From NCBI GenBank assembly GCA_963204915.1, contig CAUJHS010000083.1, positions 10,130-74,129 of the forward strand: a stretch of DNA of 64,000 nt, given 5' to 3'. Position 1 is the stretch's first letter. Each line of letters starts with the position of its first letter. Shown here in pieces: positions 41,331 through 50,100 of the stretch. The notes under the pieces are model-generated. The model did not search any database. It saw nothing but the letters and a program-made list of their open reading frames with translations, and was not told the origin of the DNA. The DNA comes from Planctomycetota bacterium (GTDB taxonomy: Bacteria > Planctomycetota > Planctomycetia > Pirellulales > Pirellulaceae). Position numbers and translations under genes: made by a program.

Positions 41331-41402
41331 TGGACTGGTAGCTGAGACGGTATAGCGCTGGCCTGAAGAGCCGGAGAGGAGGGTTCGAGCACCTCCCAGT
41401 CC
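41331..41402 (+). tRNA. tRNA-Phe (anticodon GAA)
   Basis: Acceptor GGACTGG/CCAGTCC, D-arm GCTG-AGACGGTA-TAGC, anticodon loop CTGAAGA. Confidence 0.65.
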
Positions 41403-41472
41403 ACTGGTTACGCATTTGGCAAAAGCACATGGATAACAACTGCGGTCGAGATACGCGCCTATACAACCAACG

Positions 41473-41547
41473 TCGGCTCGTTCGACTTCTGGTGAGGTCG
41501 CTGGTCTTTCAAGCCAGCTAGGTTGGGTTCGAATCCCACACGAGTCG
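41473..41547 (+). tRNA. tRNA-Glu (anticodon TTC), copy 1
   Basis: Acceptor CGGCTCG/CGAGTCG, anticodon arm CTGGT-CTTTCAA-GCCAG; T-arm has one mismatch. Confidence 0.55.
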
Positions 41548-41560
41548 CTGACATAACGAA

Positions 41561-41628
41561 TGGGCTTGCCGACGGGTCGGCGCTTTGACTTGCACTCAAG
41601 GCTTCAGGGTTCAACTCCCTGCATGTCC
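41561..41628 (+). tRNA. tRNA-Ala-like (anticodon TGC, G3:U70 wobble in the acceptor) with a compressed D-arm
   Basis: Acceptor GGGCTTG/CATGTCC, anticodon arm TTTGA-CTTGCAC-TCAAG, T-arm CAGGG-TTCAACT-CCCTG. Confidence 0.45.
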
Positions 41629-41702
41629 ACTGAACAATGAACAGCACTGGAGACGACGATGCAATCACTTAGTTGCTTGAAACGCATACCCATAGCCATT
41701 CA

Positions 41703-41774
41703 TGAGGCTGTGGTGTAGCGGCGGCACGGCGGACTTTTAATCCGTAAAGCGTGGGTTCGAATCCCACCGGCCTC
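41703..41774 (+). tRNA. tRNA-Lys (anticodon TTT)
   Basis: Acceptor GAGGCTG/CGGCCTC, D GTGT-AGCGGCG-GCAC, anticodon GCGGA-CTTTTAA-TCCGT, T GTGGG-TTCGAAT-CCCAC. Confidence 0.8.
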
Positions 41775-41780
41775 ACTTGT

Positions 41781-41853
41781 TCGGCGTGAAGCTCGCTGGT
41801 CCGAGCAGCGTCCTTATAAGACGAAGTTCGAAGGTTCGATTCCTTCCACGCCG
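41781..41853 (+). tRNA. tRNA with anticodon TAT (would decode AUA, Ile). Unusual in bacteria.
   Basis: Acceptor CGGCGTG/CACGCCG, D GCTC-GCTGGTCC-GAGC, anticodon loop CTTATAA, T GAAGG-TTCGATT-CCTTC. Confidence 0.55.
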
Positions 41854-41879
41854 ACTTGAAGGAGAAACGCCGAGGGGAT

Positions 41880-41957
41880 TGTGCCAGACAAGGTAAAGCA
41901 CCAAACGCTTCATCTGGTCGAAGGAGGTTCAATGCCCACCGATCCCGCTACTTGAAT
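41880..41957 (+). tRNA. tRNA-like element with an aberrant T-arm (GGAGG-TTCAATG-CCCAC); isotype unresolved
   Basis: T-loop-like motif and partial acceptor complementarity only. Confidence 0.3.
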
Positions 41958-42035
41958 AAGCACGGATGGTCGAATGGCATGACCCCGCTTTCGTAAAGCG
42001 GCTGCGTGCGTTCGATTCCGGGCGCCGACGTACTC
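41955..42035 (+). tRNA. tRNA-Thr-like (anticodon arm CCGCT-TTCGTAA-AGCGG, anticodon CGT) with a non-pairing T-stem
   Basis: Anticodon hairpin clear; acceptor and T-arm not canonical. Confidence 0.3.
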
Positions 42036-42085
42036 GTTGGTCGCGGTGCTCTTTGATCTTTGACAATCTGGTTAAGCCAACAAAA

Positions 42086-42157
42086 GGCGTCCATGGTGTA
42101 GTGGGAACCCATCTGCTTGCCATGCAGAAAACGCGAGTTCGATTCTCGCTGGACGCT
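42086..42157 (+). tRNA. tRNA-Gly (anticodon GCC)
   Basis: Acceptor GCGTCCA/TGGACGC, anticodon TCTGC-TTGCCAT-GCAGA, T GCGAG-TTCGATT-CTCGC. Confidence 0.8.
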
Positions 42158-42166
42158 CTTCATGTA

Positions 42167-42241
42167 TCAGGGTGTGGGAAAGCCTGGCTACTCCGCGTGC
42201 TTCGGGAGCACGAGATCGTCGGTTCAAATCCGACCATCCTG
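42167..42241 (+). tRNA. tRNA-Pro (anticodon CGG)
   Basis: Acceptor CAGGGTG/CATCCTG, anticodon CGTGC-TTCGGGA-GCACG, T GTCGG-TTCAAAT-CCGAC. Confidence 0.7.
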
Positions 42242-42254
42242 ACTAATTTTTTCT

Positions 42255-42330
42255 TGTGGGTCCTTTTTTGGTAAGGGAAGGCTCCGGTTCATCGCCTAGA
42301 CGTAAGTTCGATTCCTGTCTCTGGTCCTGA
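42255..42330 (+). tRNA. tRNA-like element with an over-long or aberrant T-region (…GACGTAAGTTCGATTCCTGTC…); isotype unresolved
   Basis: TTCGATTCC motif without a canonical stem. Confidence 0.25.
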
Positions 42331-42408
42331 GGTCGTCCTGAATTGGTTCAGAAACTTGCCGATGACCCCAGTTTATGGCGGACTGATTCCGATCAGTCGC
42401 CCTATGAA

Positions 42409-42492
42409 TGGAAGACATCTGGCTGGATGAGGAAACCGCCTTGAAAGCGGCTGGCGCTGATAACGCTTCAGGGTTCGAGTCCCTGGTCTTCC
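42409..42492 (+). tRNA. tRNA-Ser (anticodon TGA), type II with a long variable arm
   Basis: Acceptor GGAAGAC/GTCTTCC, anticodon loop CTTGAAA, variable hairpin, T CAGGG-TTCGAGT-CCCTG. Confidence 0.7.
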
Positions 42493-42503
42493 GCCTTGTT
42501 TGA

Positions 42504-42581
42504 AACAATCCTGTCGTCTGGCGGCGAAGGCGCCTGGTTTACACCCAGTCGATCGACGGTTCGAGTCCCTCCAGGACTACT
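42504..42581 (+). tRNA. tRNA-Val-like (anticodon loop TTTACAC, anticodon TAC) with a mismatched T-stem
   Basis: Acceptor AATCCTG/CAGGACT (6/7 pairs), anticodon CTGG-TTTACAC-CCAG. Confidence 0.35.
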
Positions 42582-42598
42582 TTGTGTTGAAGTTTAAA

Positions 42599-42673
42599 CA
42601 CCCAGATACGCCAACCTGGCAGAGCGGCTCGGCTCAGACCCGAGGGTTTGCAGGTTCAAGTCCTGCTCTGGGT
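42599..42673 (+). tRNA. Type-I (short variable arm) tRNA with anticodon CAG. Would read CUG (Leu), but it lacks the long variable arm of bacterial tRNA-Leu.
   Basis: Acceptor ACCCAGA/TCTGGGT, anticodon CTCGG-CTCAGAC-CCGAG, T GCAGG-TTCAAGT-CCTGC. Confidence 0.5.
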
Positions 42674-42686
42674 ACTGTTGTCGGTA

Positions 42687-42760
42687 TGGCTCGGTAGGCA
42701 ATCGGCAGACCACGCTGTTTCAAACTCAGTGATGCTGTGGGTTCAAATCCCACCTGAGCC
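42687..42760 (+). tRNA. tRNA-like; the anticodon arm is ambiguous (loop TTTCAAA or TTCAAAC; anticodon TCA or CAA)
   Basis: Acceptor GGCTCGG/CTGAGCC, T GTGGG-TTCAAAT-CCCAC; weak anticodon stem. Confidence 0.4.
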
Positions 42761-42774
42761 ATTGAAGAAAACTA

Positions 42775-42849
42775 TGTCCTCGTGGAGCAGCCTGGAGTGC
42801 TCGCTACCCTGTCACGGTAGAGATCGTGGGTTCAAATCCCATCGGGGAC
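42775..42849 (+). tRNA. tRNA-Asp (anticodon GTC)
   Basis: Acceptor GTCCTCG/CGGGGAC, D GAGC-AGCCTGGA-GTGCTC, anticodon CTACC-CTGTCAC-GGTAG, T GTGGG-TTCAAAT-CCCAT. Confidence 0.8.
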
Positions 42850-42954
42850 GCTGTGTCGAGAGGAACGACGACAGAAAAGTAACCATCCATGAGCGCTGGG
42901 CACGCATTCTCCCGTCCCGTGTTTGTTTGGCTGGTTGCGTTGCGCGGTGCTTTA

Positions 42955-43037
42955 TGCGTCGGTTGGGCATTGGCAAGCCTCAGTGGCTGTAATCCACCCG
43001 CCTTTCTGGCTTTGCAGGTTCAACTCCTGCCCGGCGC
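42955..43037 (+). tRNA. tRNA-Tyr (anticodon GTA), type II
   Basis: Acceptor GCGTCGG/CCGGCGC, anticodon GTGG-CTGTAAT-CCAC, variable hairpin GCC-TTTCT-GGC, T GCAGG-TTCAACT-CCTGC. Confidence 0.65.
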
Positions 43038-43054
43038 ACTTGAAGTGGTTTGTT

Positions 43055-43127
43055 TGGCGCGGTGCGATGTTGGTTTTGCAACGAGGCTTTCAATCTCGTC
43101 TACGCGGGTTCAATTCCCGTCCGCGTC
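43055..43127 (+). tRNA. tRNA-Glu (anticodon TTC), copy 2
   Basis: Acceptor GGCGCGG/CCGCGTC, anticodon CGAGG-CTTTCAA-TCTCG, T GCGGG-TTCAATT-CCCGT. Confidence 0.65.
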
Positions 43128-43140
43128 ACTTGGTATAACA

Positions 43141-43208
43141 ATGCAGGTGGGCAGGGTCCCAACCAGCCCTCATAAGGCCGGTCTCTCGGTTCGATTCCGT
43201 GACCTGCA
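43141..43208 (+). tRNA. tRNA-Met-like (anticodon CAT). A lysidine-modified Ile or initiator identity cannot be excluded.
   Basis: Acceptor TGCAGGT/ACCTGCA, anticodon loop CTCATAA; T-stem has one mismatch. Confidence 0.5.
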
Positions 43209-43267
43209 ATTTGGCAATCGCGCAGCACCGAACAAAGTAATGCGAACCAAGTAACGTCGTAATTGTA

Positions 43268-43342
43268 TGGCCGGGTACGCAAACAGGTAAAGCGAGCAGT
43301 TCGAGACGCTGCGATTTTGTGGGTTCGATTCCCACCCTGGTC
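43268..43342 (+). tRNA. tRNA-like with anticodon arm GCAGT-TCGAGAC-GCTGC (anticodon GAG, position 33 not U); isotype uncertain
   Basis: Acceptor GGCCGGG/CCTGGTC, T GTGGG-TTCGATT-CCCAC. Confidence 0.4.
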
Positions 43343-43429
43343 ACTTCCATCGTGGTGCAAGCGTTAGTATGCCCGATTCGTGGCGCACTGTGACCGTTGA
43401 ACATCGCTCCATCGCGATGAAACGTCTCT

Positions 43430-43500
43430 GGGTCTGTTGGTGTTGTGGCGGCACGCGTTCGTGGTAAGGACGAAGATCGGGTTCGATTCCCGGACGGACC
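43430..43500 (+). tRNA. tRNA-Thr (anticodon GGT)
   Basis: Acceptor GGTCTGT/ACGGACC, D GTGT-TGTGGCG-GCAC, anticodon CGTTC-GTGGTAA-GGACG, T TCGGG-TTCGATT-CCCGG. Confidence 0.7.
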
Positions 43501-43621
43501 TTTTGCCTGATTGATGGGCTGCTCGTTCAACGGCAGGACGCCTGCTTTGTACGCCAGGAGATCGGGGATCATTTCCTCGGCGGTCCACTCATCGCTAACT
43601 CGAAATTGGCAAAATTCGCAG

Positions 43622-43698
43622 TTTGGCTCGATGGTGAAACGGAAATCATTCCACCCTTCGAGCGCGGCGTTCTAGGTTGGAATCCCGGGCGAGCCAAT
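43622..43698 (+). tRNA. tRNA-like element: perfect 7-bp acceptor TGGCTCG/CGAGCCA and a T-arm with a mutated loop (TTGGAAT), but no foldable D/anticodon arms
   Basis: Seen in sequence. Confidence 0.3.
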
Positions 43699-43803
43699 CA
43701 AACTCGTTGAAGGAATGTGACGGGAAGCAAAGATAAACGTGGATATGCATACGGTGGTTCGATTTCTCGGCAGGGGGACTTAGCTGAGAGTTCGACAACG
43801 ACA

Positions 43804-43876
43804 GGTCCTTGGAGTGTGCCGGACAAGCACGCGACTGTGCGAAGGTCGAGGATCAGGTTCGATTCCTGACGAGGAC
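43804..43876 (+). tRNA. tRNA with anticodon GCG (would read CGC/CGU, Arg); non-standard for bacteria, which normally use ACG
   Basis: Acceptor GTCCTTG/CGAGGAC, D GTGT-GCCGGACAA-GCAC, anticodon CGACT-GTGCGAA-GGTCG, T TCAGG-TTCGATT-CCTGA. Confidence 0.5.
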
Positions 43877-44060
43877 GCTTTTCCCCTAATGGCGCCGCGA
43901 CGAATGAGATCGTTGGCCGTCTTTCTACCCGGAAGTATTGTGGAGACGTCGAAATTTTTGCCGTGTTATCACTTGGTTTGCTACCGCGTTGGGGAGAAAG
44001 ATTTTGGCAAATCGGAGGGGGCGATTATAATCGTGGCTCCTTCGGCAGGAGAGCACAATC

Positions 44061-45416
44061 ATGCAAGCAGCAGACATTGCCGCTGGCATTCGCACGGTGA
44101 CACACGCGGCGAATTACTTCGACGAGCTAAAGTCCAATGCCTCTCGTTTAGCACAACGCACCGCAGGTCAGGAGCGCGGATACTTGACACCGAACGAAGA
44201 AGACGAGATTCGCGGAGTCTTGATTTCCTATTGGCAGGTTCGCAACGCGCTACTTGAACTGATTACCTCCTACCGGCTGGATCAAGAACTTCTTCCCGAA
44301 GATCGGCCGGCGGCGTTTCTGACGGCGTTCGCCGGCGCCGTTGTGCTTATCGATGCGGCTCGATTTTTACGTGAGAATGTTCATCATCGATCACTCGTAC
44401 GCGCCAAACTGAACGAGGCGGCGCCGCAGTTCGGCATTCCTGAACGCGTTTACGAATCGGTCCAGGAATCGCTCTTAAGCGCGCACAACGCGTGGCATCT
44501 CTATCACGCCATACGATACTTTGACGAGCATGAGTCGGAGCTTCGCAACCTCGCGGCGACGGAGCCGCTGATTGAAATCATCGATGGGCGAAGGCATCGC
44601 CTGGATGTATCTATGGCACAGTTCGCCCGAGCGAGGATGCGAGCGCGTGCCTCAGGCGCGGTCCGCGCTTTGATGTTCGACACGCTTTCCCGAGCGTTGT
44701 ACGGACTGCAAAAGCTGGGCGGCAATATGCTCTCGGATAAATACGTGCGGCGGGGACATCAACCGCAGCTCCCATTTTCCATTGCGGAACAACTCAAACC
44801 TCTCTTGTTGCCAGGCGATGTGTTGGTGGTGCGTAAGGAGCACGCCCTGACGAACTATTTTCTACCCGGTTTTTGGCCCCACGCCGCATTATACCTGGGC
44901 GACGTCGCTTCGTTGAAGCAAATGGGCGTGGATTACCACGCACATGTTCAACCGCGCTGGGCAAAGCTGCTAGCGATGTCCGACGTCGAACCACGATGCG
45001 TACTCGAGGCAATGAAGGATGGCGTTCAAATTCGCTCCCTGAAATCTCCGTTTGGCTCGGACTCAATTGTCGTTCTGCGGCCGCATTTGACGTCGCAAGA
45101 CATCGCCGTCGCGATGGCGCGGGTCATGTCGCACGAGGGGAAAACGTACGACTTCGATTTTGATTTTCGCCGTTCGGATCGGTTGGTGTGCACTGAAGTG
45201 GTGTATCGTGCTTACGACGGAATTGGTCCCGTTCAATTCCCTCTTGTACGCCGCGCCGGTCGACCGACACTCTCCGGCAGCGACTTAATTGGAATGGGAC
45301 TTTCACGTCGGCATTTTGACCCGATCGCGGTATATATCCCCGGTGGCGAACTTGTCGTCGGCGACGGAGCCGCACGGATTATTTCGGCCGCACATTCAGC
45401 CCATGGCGCCTCATAG
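44061..45416 (+). CDS. Hypothetical protein with a C-terminal permuted-papain-fold (YiiX/NlpC-P60-like) domain ('FLPGFWPHAALYLGD...LVCTEVVYRAYDG')
   Basis: His-then-Cys order of motifs in the translation. Confidence 0.55.
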   Translation: MQAADIAAGIRTVTHAANYFDELKSNASRLAQRTAGQERGYLTPNEEDEIRGVLISYWQVRNALLELITSYRLDQELLPEDRPAAFLTAFAGAVVLIDAARFLRENVHHRSLVRAKLNEAAPQFGIPERVYESVQESLLSAHNAWHLYHAIRYFDEHESELRNLAATEPLIEIIDGRRHRLDVSMAQFARARMRARASGAVRALMFDTLSRALYGLQKLGGNMLSDKYVRRGHQPQLPFSIAEQLKPLLLPGDVLVVRKEHALTNYFLPGFWPHAALYLGDVASLKQMGVDYHAHVQPRWAKLLAMSDVEPRCVLEAMKDGVQIRSLKSPFGSDSIVVLRPHLTSQDIAVAMARVMSHEGKTYDFDFDFRRSDRLVCTEVVYRAYDGIGPVQFPLVRRAGRPTLSGSDLIGMGLSRRHFDPIAVYIPGGELVVGDGAARIISAAHSAHGAS

Positions 45417-45424
45417 AACGTCGT

Positions 45425-45808
45425 TTAGTGAGGCGGTGCGACGGGCGACTCTCCTTCGGCAGGTGTTGTTTCAGGTTTGTCTTCACGGGCGGCCGATTTT
45501 AACTTGGGCTTTTTGGGTTTCCGTTCTTTTGAGGGAATGACCGCCGTGCTTTCCGGAAATAGCATTGCGGAGGTCTTCTTCAACTCAGCCAGTTTCTTTT
45601 CGGTCGCAGCGATTTCATCGGCCAGCTTTTGCGCCAACTCGGCCCGCTGACTGAGAAATGCTTGGACTTCCTCGAAAAGTGGTTCGTCGCCGGGCGCTGA
45701 AGGAGTTGTCGCCTCTTGTAGAGAATGCGGTTCGGTCGCCTCGATATGCGTGGACGTTATTTGTTCGGGTTTCACAGGATGGTTCTCCCGCTGCTTCTTT
45801 CGACTCAT
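45425..45808 (-). CDS. Small Lys/Glu/Pro-rich hypothetical protein
   Basis: ORF track only. Confidence 0.35.
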   Translation of the reverse strand: MSRKKQRENHPVKPEQITSTHIEATEPHSLQEATTPSAPGDEPLFEEVQAFLSQRAELAQKLADEIAATEKKLAELKKTSAMLFPESTAVIPSKERKPKKPKLKSAAREDKPETTPAEGESPVAPPH

Positions 45809-46158
45809 AATTCGCCTTGGTAAGTGTTCTCACGTTTGGCTCAGCTCAAGGGCCCCAGCCAATACTCTCGCTGATAGATTCGTTCGTTGTAAAGTGAGTT
45901 GACGAATCTTTCCAGGCCAATCGCGTCTCTCAGTTTTTGATCGCTCGAACAGATTTTCAAATGACGAATCGAACGATTGGCTACCGGGTTTTAATGAAAC
46001 CGTTTTAACGCGTTTCGAGTCGCGATAGAATATTGCTATTGGCGCAAAGGCGACGTGGGTGGGTTGCCCGCATTTCCTTCGATAGTCGCTGTTGCCTCGC
46101 ACGCTAAATCAAGGATCGATTCGACACGCCCCTACGTTGAAGGGAGCTGATAAACGTT

Positions 46159-47163
46159 ATGACGTACGGACTTGCATACGGCCTTTGTCTGGTTGTGGTG
46201 TCCACTTATCCCTATGCGGCGCCTGCGGTAACCAGTCTAACGCGTGGTGACGTGAAGTATACGACGCCCGAAGAGCATTTCGTCACACTGCGCCGTGGCG
46301 AGATCACAGCGATCATCGTCGGCAATCACGCTATCGATAATGACGAATTACCTGGCCACCGCGCCGGTTATAACGGTGTTGCGTGTTTGATGCATGCACG
46401 CCGTCCGGAGAATTTGTTCGTGGGAGCGCTCGCGGGGCTGAATTTCGAGCACATTCATGACGGTACGCTTTCAGTATCTCAGGAAAAATTTGCGCCCCGA
46501 ACCGCGCCAATGCATTTGCGAAAGATCGACGCACAGACCGTCGAACTTTACCAACCTCCGACCAAACCTTGGATGCTTGAGAGTTGCGGGCGATTCCATT
46601 TACTAGAGGATGGGGTGATTGAATACACATTTGAGTGCATTCCGCGCGCCGAGGTGTTCACGCAAGGTTACATGGGTTTGTTCTGGGCAAGTTATATTGC
46701 GGATCCGGAAGATCGAGCCATTAATTTTTTTGCAACGACGTCGGGCGCTGAAGATGCAGGGAAGCTTCTTCACAGCGTTAGCCCTCAGCACGGCGTCAAT
46801 GCGACCCATCCGCCGGCCGTCCAATTGCCAGACATCAGGATCGATCCGGAATTTCCCTTGAAGCTAGTCACAGGCCGATCGCCCTACGTGTACACCAAAC
46901 CGTGGTATTACGGCGTCAGCCATGGCATGGCGTTCGTGCAAATGTTTCGTCCCGATGACCATATTTGGTTTGCCCAATCGCCCAGCGGAGGAGGCGGCAG
47001 AAATCCTGCATGGGACTTCCAGTGGTTCGTGCCCAACGTTCGAGTCGGTCGAGCTTATGGCTTTATCATGCGAGCCGCTTATTTGCCTTATCACGACCAC
47101 GAACAGGTCGCCCGGGATTGTCGTTCCCACCGCGAGGCGATGGATCCTCGCGAGTCGCCGTAA
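46159..47163 (+). CDS. Secreted hypothetical protein (signal peptide 'LCLVVVSTYPYAAPA')
   Basis: Translation. Confidence 0.6.
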   Translation: MTYGLAYGLCLVVVSTYPYAAPAVTSLTRGDVKYTTPEEHFVTLRRGEITAIIVGNHAIDNDELPGHRAGYNGVACLMHARRPENLFVGALAGLNFEHIHDGTLSVSQEKFAPRTAPMHLRKIDAQTVELYQPPTKPWMLESCGRFHLLEDGVIEYTFECIPRAEVFTQGYMGLFWASYIADPEDRAINFFATTSGAEDAGKLLHSVSPQHGVNATHPPAVQLPDIRIDPEFPLKLVTGRSPYVYTKPWYYGVSHGMAFVQMFRPDDHIWFAQSPSGGGGRNPAWDFQWFVPNVRVGRAYGFIMRAAYLPYHDHEQVARDCRSHREAMDPRESP

Positions 47164-47198
47164 TCACAACATTTCGCCTTGGCCATCGCCAGGATTTG

Positions 47199-50100
47199 TT
47201 ATTGCGCGGCAGCGGGCGTCTCATCGGCGAGTTCGACGAGCATTTCTCCATTCATCACCTTCCAATGTCCTGGAAAGGAACAAAGAAACGGATAACGTCC
47301 TGGTTCTCGAGGAGCGTGGAAGTAAACGGTAAATTCATCCCGAGGCAAAACCACATCGGTGTACGTCAAGACATCGCTGGTTTGCGGAATATAATGGCGC
47401 ACTACCGCTTCAGGGTCGGCAATCAACCGATTTGCCAAATCTCCGACGTGTTCTAGTGTTCCCGGCTTCGCTAAAACCCAGTTGTGAGGCACAACATCGG
47501 GGTTACGCAAGGTCAATGCAATCGCCTCGCCTGCAGACACGCGAATGAAGCGAGTTTGGAACGTAAGGTTGCTGCCTGTTTCGATCACAATCGGTCTCGC
47601 ATTTGCGATTTTTTTGCGATGGGGATTGGGGATGCTGCGCGTCGCCATTGCCAAATCGGCGAGCAAAGGATGTGGTTGGATCGTCTTCGCTTCGGGCTGG
47701 TAGTTCGAAAAGTCGGTGAATGGGGAGTCGAGGCGATGAACCGTCAAAAACAAATCGTGAAATTGTCCCGAATTCGATTGGACTCGAAGATGAAGTTGGT
47801 TCACGGGTTGGAGTTCAGGCAATTGCAGGAATAGCGTTCGACCATCCCGTTGAACGTGCGCCGACGCGATGGCTAATGTGTCATGGCCGCGTACCCCAAC
47901 ATGGCGGCTCGAGAGTTCGGGCGACCCATAACCGGAACTGTAACGGTAGTTCCAACATTGCGCAAAATGGCTTGTTGCGTCGCCAGCCACCTCCTTATCT
48001 AAAGGCTCGGAAAATTCGATCATCACGCCGTTCTGATGAACATGGAACCCAATTGGAAGTTGCGCCGCGTCGCCCGTGAAACGAACGCGTTGAAAGCAAC
48101 CGTCTTTCGGAGTGTAGGAGCCCCATCCTTGCATGCCGGTCACATAAAGTTGCCCGTCATCGGGGCTGAAGCGTCCTCGGTGAACACCCGATTGAAACTC
48201 GCCGGCCAACGGAACGATAGCGCCTTGGACTTGCCCTTGAACCTCATCGCGCAGAATGAGGAAGTGCGAACCTGCGCCAAACGAGAAGTGGAGTAATTGG
48301 CCAGTGAGCGGCCCCCAGCGCTCATCGGGAACCATGGTTTGCCCGCCACTGGAATTATCGAGGCCGCGGGGTAAGTACGCCAACGGCAATTCGGGCGCCT
48401 GGCCCGGCTTGGGGCCTCCATACCCGAAGTGTGGAGTTTTCAATTGTGGTCGCACGGCGCAGATCATGGACGCTGGAGTCCATTCTCCTTCGGAGCAAGG
48501 AACGGTCACGGTTCCGTCGGACAGCAATCCCAGGCCATCGGGATTTCGAAAGCCTGTCGCCAAGACTTCTGCATACCGGCCATCGGACGAAACGCGAACT
48601 AACCCCTGATTGCCTGACGCCGTATAGAAGCGACCCTCTGCGTCGCGTTCCAAACCGCAGATGAAATCGTGACCGGCCGGTGATGTTTGAAATGCATTGC
48701 TGAAGCACTCGTAAAAGTCTGCTTCACCATCGCCATTCTGATCATGTAGCCGCGTGATCTGATCGCGACCTAGCACGGAAACACCGTCCTGATCGACGAC
48801 AATTCCGAGCGCATGATGCAAACCTGCCGCAAATCTCCGCCAGACGGCCTTAGAAGATGGGTGTTTGAAACCTTCCACGCGCCAAACGTCCCCTTGCATC
48901 GTACAGACGAGAGCCGAACCGTCAGGCAGAAAAGCATGACCGCCACAGAACAACAAAGCGCGCCACGGATTGTCCCAAGGTAAATCCACGGTGTCGACCG
49001 CATACGGAGCGCCAACGCCCAGATGAATTTTCGTCTCCAGTCGCTGCGGCCATTGTGTTGGCGCATTTTTGAGCAAATGTCTGAAAGGGTGTTCATCAAC
49101 GGGCGCCACGGTTCGCGTGAACCGGCCGTCCTCAACCCAGGGAGAGTCAAGCAGTTCGGTCTCTCCAATCCGGTATGCAAACACGACGCGTTTCCCGTGC
49201 CGGTAAAATCCTCGGTAGATGAACGGTTGCGTAGGTTTATGCCCGATTGGCGTCGGCTGTAATTCGCCGTCCATTAGTAATCCATGCATAAATCCATGCC
49301 GCACGGATGAAAACTTCACGAAACCTCCAGACCAAACCACATCGTATTTAAGCGTTTCAGGATTAAAGCACGCCGATAATTCGCCGTTGTCTCCCAGACG
49401 CACGCATACGCCGCGTGGCACAGTCACCCCACCGCCGCGAAATACGCCGCACTGGACCGTACCGAGCAAAGTCTCATTCCAACGATCGCTTTTCCATACG
49501 TCTTCGTTTTGATTGCCCCAGTGTCCTAGTTCACCTCCGTCCAATCCAGGGAATTCGCTTAACAAAGGAGGCGTAACGGGCAATCTTCTGAAGTGGTCCG
49601 CCTGCTTGGAGTAAAAGTCGTAGATGCGGTCTCGATTGACAGGATGCCGCCAATGGGGCCATTGTTCCGGAACCAAAGGGTCGCGGTTGAAAGAGAACGT
49701 GGCGGGACCATGGGAATGTGCGTTCGCGTGCAATAACAGCGCGTCGATTTCGTTCAACGCGACGCCGCCTTCGCCCCCAAGCCCCATGAGAAACTGCAAT
49801 AGATCGTGCAACTGTTGTTGCGTCATCGAAGCGACCAAATTATCGGGCATGAGCGTGCCGACTTCACGCGTTTCAATATTGTCGCGCGCAAAGGCAATGG
49901 CATGATCAGGTCCCTGTGTCGGATCGCGCAGGACGAGTTGCTTTTCATCGTGTTTCACGATGTAGCCCTGATGAGTGCGTCCTTCCGCGTCAAGCACAAC
50001 ATGCGCGACAAACTCAGGCTTGATTTGCCGTTTTGGCCACACGACCGCCTCGACCAGCTCATGCGGTTTGCGTTCCTTGGCGATAACAGTTAAGTCCGGG

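Larger units (their letters stand above)
41331..43880 (+). other. Tandem array of ~20 same-strand tRNA/tRNA-like genes separated by 10-100 nt spacers, in a locally lower-GC island with no CCA encoded. Individual members are listed below.
   Basis: Recurrent GGTTCGAnTCC/GGTTCAAnTCC T-arms every ~70-110 nt; cloverleaves folded by hand. Confidence 0.8.
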
